A DNA stretch of 64,000 nucleotides from Octopus sinensis (Eukaryota): NCBI RefSeq assembly GCF_006345805.1, contig NC_043008.1, positions 6,882,001-6,946,000 on the forward strand. The letters are read 5' to 3'. Position numbers and translations under genes: made by a program. This document shows positions 59,239 to 64,000 of the stretch, piece after piece (the stretch's first letter is position 1; the number at the start of each line of letters is the position of its first letter). Under the pieces are notes generated by a model. It searched no databases. It worked only from the letters and a program-made list of their open reading frames with translations, and was not told the origin of the DNA.

Positions 59239-59445
59239 GCGTGTAATTGTCTGTTTATGTGTGTGTGCGTGCGGATGCGTGGATGGATGTGTATGTGTCT
59301 ATGTATGTATGGGCACTAATATTTATACGTATAATGCAATATATAGCAAAGCATCTATATCTACAATTGACTGCACTCATTCTTTTGGATCGTAGACTAT
59401 TCTCTCTATTTCCATCATCTCTCATTCCGTACACAGAAACGCGCT

Positions 59446-59485
<40 letters not shown>

Positions 59486-59789
59486 TTTCACGCCCACGCA
59501 ATCACTTATACTCAAAGGACACACGTACACATACATAAACATTGCTGGATACATAGATACACAAATACATAATTTTCCAAGTAAATTTTTTTTACTTATT
59601 GTCGTATCTCCTTGTTTAATTCTGTTCTATAAGAACCAAAGAGGTTATTTGGAGTAGCTCTGGATTTCTAACATTAAATACGATATCATCGCGCACTTGA
59701 GATATTTTATACCACAAAATAGTCGTAGATTCATGCTGTATTTAGTATACATAGATACATGCATACATAATGATTGCTTCATCTTGACA

Positions 59790-61465
59790 GATGATAGCTG
59801 CCCCATCAACACACCCACCACACCCCATCACACGGTTCAATCACTCCGTTGATGAGAACCTTAGAAGACTTCTAAGACCAGCTGCTGACTGACAGGGTTT
59901 AAAACACAACTGACATATATTATTCACGTTTCTTCTATATATTTTCCCTTTGGAATTTGATTCTCAAGGAGTTTTTTTGTGAAGTATCATATGTCTTTCA
60001 AGTCCAGATATTGTCATACAAGTTTTTTGACATTTGACACAAGTCGTAAGAGGTGGTTGGTGTCATATCTGAGCATTTTGATTTTCATGTGACTTCATTT
60101 GCTTCGCGTATCCTGCTTTTGACAACAGAACACGGTCACATATAATACATATCCAATGTTCACCGTTGGTTTCAGTTCCAGTTGTTCCTTTGAGACAGGC
60201 CCTTTTAAGCTCAGAGTGCAGAAGCATCTTTTCCTCAAAGGCATTGCAACCAGTTCTTACAGCACCCCTCCACTTGTTCTGATCTAGAACCTCATTTTCC
60301 CAATCACTTTTTTCATATCTAGTTCCTTCAGGTTTTCCTTTACATAGTCTTTATACTTTTCCTCGGTATATGTTAAGGTCGCTTACCAGAATTGAGATCA
60401 CCATCAAAAAGACGCTTTGGCAATCGTTCGTCTTTCATTCTAATGACATGTCCAGTCCATCTCATTTGAGCCAAGATGACATGTTCAATTGAGCTGCAAC
60501 GTGCCATGCACAAAACCTCTGTAACTGGTATAAAACATTCCCACTTGACTACTAAGATACGTCTGAGGCACTTTTGATGAAATCTCTTGCATTTTTATAT
60601 GACGCTTGTAAGTGGTCTATGCCTCACCTGAATAAGTGCAGTCAATACACATGTTTTATATACATTTTTGTCCACCCATACTCCCCTCCCAAACATTCCA
60701 AATGCAACAATTCCCTATTCGATAGTATATCTCTGCATTAAGACCACCAGCTTTTCACAGTTTGCTTCCAAAGTAAACAAAGATATCAACGACTTCTAAT
60801 CTTGTTTCATTCACAAAATTTTGGTTCAGAATATGTTTGTCCTGGCGCGGGAGTAAACATTACTTTGGTTTTCCCCAGACTAATTGTGAATCCGAACTGT
60901 ACACATGCAGGAGAAAATCTGTCCATTATATATTGCATATCCCCCTATGAGTATGCCAACAAATCATCATCATCAGCGTAAAGTATTTCTCTAACAAGTA
61001 ATTTAAATGTTTGCAGTTAAACCGAACCAAATTTAAAATACGACCAGATGTCCCAAATCTGAGTCCTATTCCCCTGTTGCAATCCTTGAAAGCACACCAA
61101 AGCAATGCAGTAAAATAAATAGAGAAAAGTGTAGGGGCAGGAACATCTCCCTGTTTGACACCGTTGTCCACCGAAAATTCATGAGATCGCTCACCATTAA
61201 AGACTACCTGAAATTTTATGTTTCTCTGTAGTTCCTTAAAGATGATCACGCAACCAAGTTTACACAAAACAATCCACAGTGCCTCCCTGTTTACCGTGTT
61301 AAATGCCTTAGTTAAATCTATGAAGACCTGGTGTAGTGGCATTTGTTCCTCTAAGCATTTCTCTTGAACCTGCCGCACAGAGAATATCATGTCCATTGTT
61401 TCTCGCTCAGGCCTGAAACCACACACTTCTTTAGGAATCACATGTGGACACACATTCTCATCAAG
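59790..61465 (-). pseudogene. 5'-truncated, frameshifted RTE-clade (BovB-like) LINE: reverse transcriptase plus C-terminal region with two C2H2-like fingers
   Basis: ORF 60926-61516 contains CGFRPERETMDMIFSVRQVQEKCLE..FIDLTKAFNTVNREALW..GVKQGDVPAPTLFSIY. YADD is encoded at 60969-60980 in another frame. Downstream come RWTGHVIRMKDERLPKRLFDGDL and CVKCQKTC..ERHMILH / CQLCFKPC motifs. Confidence 0.9.
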
Positions 61466-61815
61466 ACGATATTTCTTTCTTACATACACACAAACACATA
61501 CATACGTTCCCATCATAATCTTGTGATAACCTACTTAAATAAACGAGTGGGTTGTTCATTTTGAAAATTGTTGTATTTATAAAAGAGTGAGAAGGAAGAA
61601 CATAAGATTTTAGTTCGGAAATCTCAATTTCTGCACTCGTGTTGAGTCGTTTATTACGGTAAATAGAGGCCATGTGTGTATATATACGCATACCTTCCAT
61701 ATGTTTATAAGTAGAATAGAATATATATTTATATATCTATTGCCAAACATATATATATACATGTATGTCCATAAATATACATATATATGTGTATACGTGG
61801 GTATATATGTGTATG

Positions 61816-61872
<57 letters not shown>

Positions 61873-62034
61873 GTTATCGCCATACTAATATGGTATTCTT
61901 ATAAAAATAAGAAAAAAGCTGTCCGCTTATTAGCTCCATGAGGCCATCGCCTTAAGTTAGCTATTTGATACACAAACTGTATCCATATAACCTTCGAACA
62001 GGGAGGTCAGTCGCTCCACACTACTTGACCGGCA

Positions 62035-62076
62035 GCTACAGACGCGTTTCGGGGTATTGCCCCTTTTCAATGCAGC
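62035..62076 (-). ncRNA. Minimal type-I hammerhead ribozyme, U3-A8 variant (inverted copy, intact core)
   Basis: Plus strand reads gctacagacgcgtttcggggtattgccccttttcaatgcagc, the exact reverse complement of 62420-62461. Confidence 0.8.
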
Positions 62077-62419
62077 GTAGCCAGCCAGTAGTGTCGCTTC
62101 CGACAATCTCTGTTCGATGGTTTTATTTACCTAGTTTCGGTGGAATACATCCACTTGTTTTCAATAATAGAAATATTAAAATAACTAAGTCCTCTCATGG
62201 AGCTAATAAGCGGACAGCTTTTTTCTTATTTTTATAAGAATACCATATTAGTATGGCGATACTATATTATTTTCCGGGAACGCTGCCGCTGTTCTCTTAG
62301 AGAGACTTAGTTATTTTAATATTTCTATTATTGAAAACAAGTGGATGTATTCCACCGAAACTAGGTAAATAAAACCATCGAACAGAGATTGTCGGAAGCG
62401 ACACCTACTGGCTGGCTAC

Positions 62420-62461
62420 GCTGCATTGAAAAGGGGCAATACCCCGAAACGCGTCTGTAGC
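62420..62461 (+). ncRNA. Minimal type-I hammerhead ribozyme, U3-A8 core variant (forward copy 1, best preserved)
   Basis: GCTGCA (helix I) - TTGAAAA (core 3-9) - GGGG CAATA CCCC (helix II) - GAAA - CGCG - TC (palindromic ACGCGT helix III; GUC site, predicted cut after 62455) - TGTAGC (pairs with GCTGCA, one G-U). Confidence 0.8.
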
Positions 62462-62782
62462 TGCCGGTCAAGTAGTGTGGAGCGACTGACCTCCCTTGTT
62501 CGAAGGTTATATGGATACAGTTTGTGTATCAAATAGCTAACTTAAGGCGATGGCCTCATGGAGCTAATAAGCGGACAGCTTTTTTCTTATTTTTATAAGA
62601 ATACCATATTAGTATGGCGATAACTATTATTTTCCGGGAACGCTGCCGCTGTTCTCTTTTAGAGAGACTAGTTTATTATTTAATATTTCTATTATTGAAA
62701 ACAAGTGGATGTATTCCACCGAAACTAGGTAATAAAACCATCGAACAGAGATTGTCGGAAGCGACACCTACTGGCTGGCTAC

Positions 62783-62822
62783 GCTGCATTGAAAGGGGCA
62801 ATACCCGAAACGCGTCTGTAGC
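62783..62822 (+). ncRNA. Hammerhead motif, forward copy 2
   Basis: gctgcattgaaaggggcaatacccgaaacgcgtctgtagc. One A and one C shorter in homopolymers than copy 1 (possible read error). GTC ends at 62816. Confidence 0.65.
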
Positions 62823-63138
62823 TGCCGGTCAAGTAGTGTGGAGCGACTGACCTCCCTTGTTCGAAGGTTATATGGATACAGTTTGTGTATCAAATAGCTA
62901 ACTTAAGGCGATGGCCTCATGGAGCTAATAAGCGGACAGCTTTTTTCTTATTTTTATAAGAATACCATATTAGTATGGCGATAACTATTATTTTCCGGGA
63001 CGCGCTGCCGCTGTTCTCTTTTAGAGACTTAGTTATTTTAATATTTCTATTTTGAAAACAAGTGGATGTATTCCACCGAAAAGGTAAATAAAACCATCGA
63101 ACAGAGATTGTCGGAAGCGACACCTACTGGCTGGCTAC

Positions 63139-63179
63139 GCTGCATTGAAAGGGGCAATACCCCGAAACGCGTCTGTAGC
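63139..63179 (+). ncRNA. Hammerhead motif, forward copy 3
   Basis: gctgcattgaaaggggcaataccccgaaacgcgtctgtagc. One A short in the core. GTC ends at 63173. Confidence 0.65.
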
Positions 63180-63501
63180 TGCCGGTCAAGTAGTGTGGAG
63201 CGACTGACCTCCCTTGTTCGAAGGTTATATGGATACCAGTTTGTGTATCAAATAGCTAACTTAAGGCGATGGCCTCATGGAGCTAATAAGCGGACAGCTT
63301 TTTTCTTATTTTTATAAGAATACCATATTAGTATGGCGATAAACTATTATTTTCCCGGAACGCTGGCCGCTTTTCTCTTTAGAGAGACTTAGTTATTTTA
63401 ATATTTCTATTATTGAAAACAAGTGGATGTATTCCACCGAAACTAGGTAAATAAAACCATCGAACAGAGATTGTCGGAAGCGACACCTACTGGCTGGCTA
63501 C

Positions 63502-63542
63502 GCTCATTGAAAAGGGGCAATACCCCGAAACGCGTCTGTAGC
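63502..63542 (+). ncRNA. Hammerhead motif, forward copy 4
   Basis: gctcattgaaaaggggcaataccccgaaacgcgtctgtagc. Core intact, one G missing in helix I. GTC ends at 63536. Confidence 0.7.
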
Positions 63543-63861
63543 TGCCGTTCAAGTAGTGTGGAGCGACTGACCTCCCTTTGTCGAAGGTTATATGGATACA
63601 GTTTGTGTATCAAATAGCTAACTACTTAGGCGATGGCCTCATGGAGCTAAATAGCGGACAGCTTTTTTCTTATTTTTATAGAATACCATATTAGTATGGC
63701 GATAATATTATTTTCCGGGAACGCTGCCGCTGTTCTCTTTTAGAGAGACTTAGTTATTTTAATATTTCTATTATTGAAAACAATGGATGTATTCCACCGA
63801 AACTAGGTAAATAAAACCATCGAACAGAGATTGTCGGAAGCGACACCTACTGGCTGGCTAC

Positions 63862-63902
63862 GCTGCATTGAAAAGGGGCAATACCCCGAACGCGTCTGTA
63901 GC
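63862..63902 (+). ncRNA. Hammerhead motif, forward copy 5
   Basis: gctgcattgaaaaggggcaataccccgaacgcgtctgtagc. GAAA reads GAA. GTC ends at 63896. Confidence 0.65.
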
Positions 63903-64000
63903 TGCCGGTCATAGTGTGGAGCGACTGACCTCCCTTGTTCGAAGGTTATATGGATACGTTGTGTATCAAATAGCTAACTTAAGGCGATGGCCTCATGGAG

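Larger units (their letters stand above)
61867..64000. mobile_element. Hammerhead-containing ~360-bp tandem array (non-LTR retrozyme or Penelope-like pseudo-LTR array) with one inverted leading copy; truncated by the window end
   Basis: Forward units start at TCATGGAG at 62195, 62556, 62917, 63275, 63639 and 63993 (period 354-364). 61867-62194 is the reverse complement of ~62301-62630. Copies differ mainly by small, often homopolymer, indels. Each unit has a hammerhead motif. The left end abuts a (TA)n tract. Confidence 0.85.

Noticed and set aside
61867-62300. Inversion as a missed-adapter long-read artefact
   Set aside because: Such artefacts mirror the sequence at the junction, whereas here the arms are offset by ~106 nt and joined at a microhomology. 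The scattered indels do suggest low polish, so read support should still be checked.
62195-64000. CRISPR array, rDNA/5S or snRNA tandem cluster, or coding repeat (ORFs 61965-62237, 62614-62850, 63066-63317)
   Set aside because: There are no unique spacers and no rRNA, 5S or snRNA sequence I recognise. The reading frames are not preserved between units.

Overview
AT-rich, microsatellite-saturated animal DNA that looks non-coding (intergenic or deep intronic). The SINE families and extreme simple-repeat load resemble an octopus/coleoid cephalopod genome; this is an inference, not a database result. No host protein-coding exon is supported. Nearly all ORFs in the track are translated microsatellites, and the only protein-like ones are decayed retrotransposon or transposon pieces (RTE-clade LINEs, R4/Dong-like RLE elements, mariner N-terminus). 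The window also holds several tRNA-derived SINE families, Tc1/mariner, pogo and hAT MITEs, and a non-autonomous Helitron. The standout is at the right end (61867-64000): an array of near-identical ~360-bp units, one inverted plus at least five in tandem, running off the window edge. Each unit carries a minimal type-I hammerhead ribozyme motif with a rare compensatory U3-A8 core (UUGAAAA instead of CUGANGA), a palindromic helix III, a long extended helix I, and a second degenerate hammerhead-like motif. This reads as a retrozyme or Penelope pseudo-LTR array that could yield ~360-nt self-cleaved, possibly circular RNAs. A separate minimal hammerhead with a canonical core lies at ~11505-11541.
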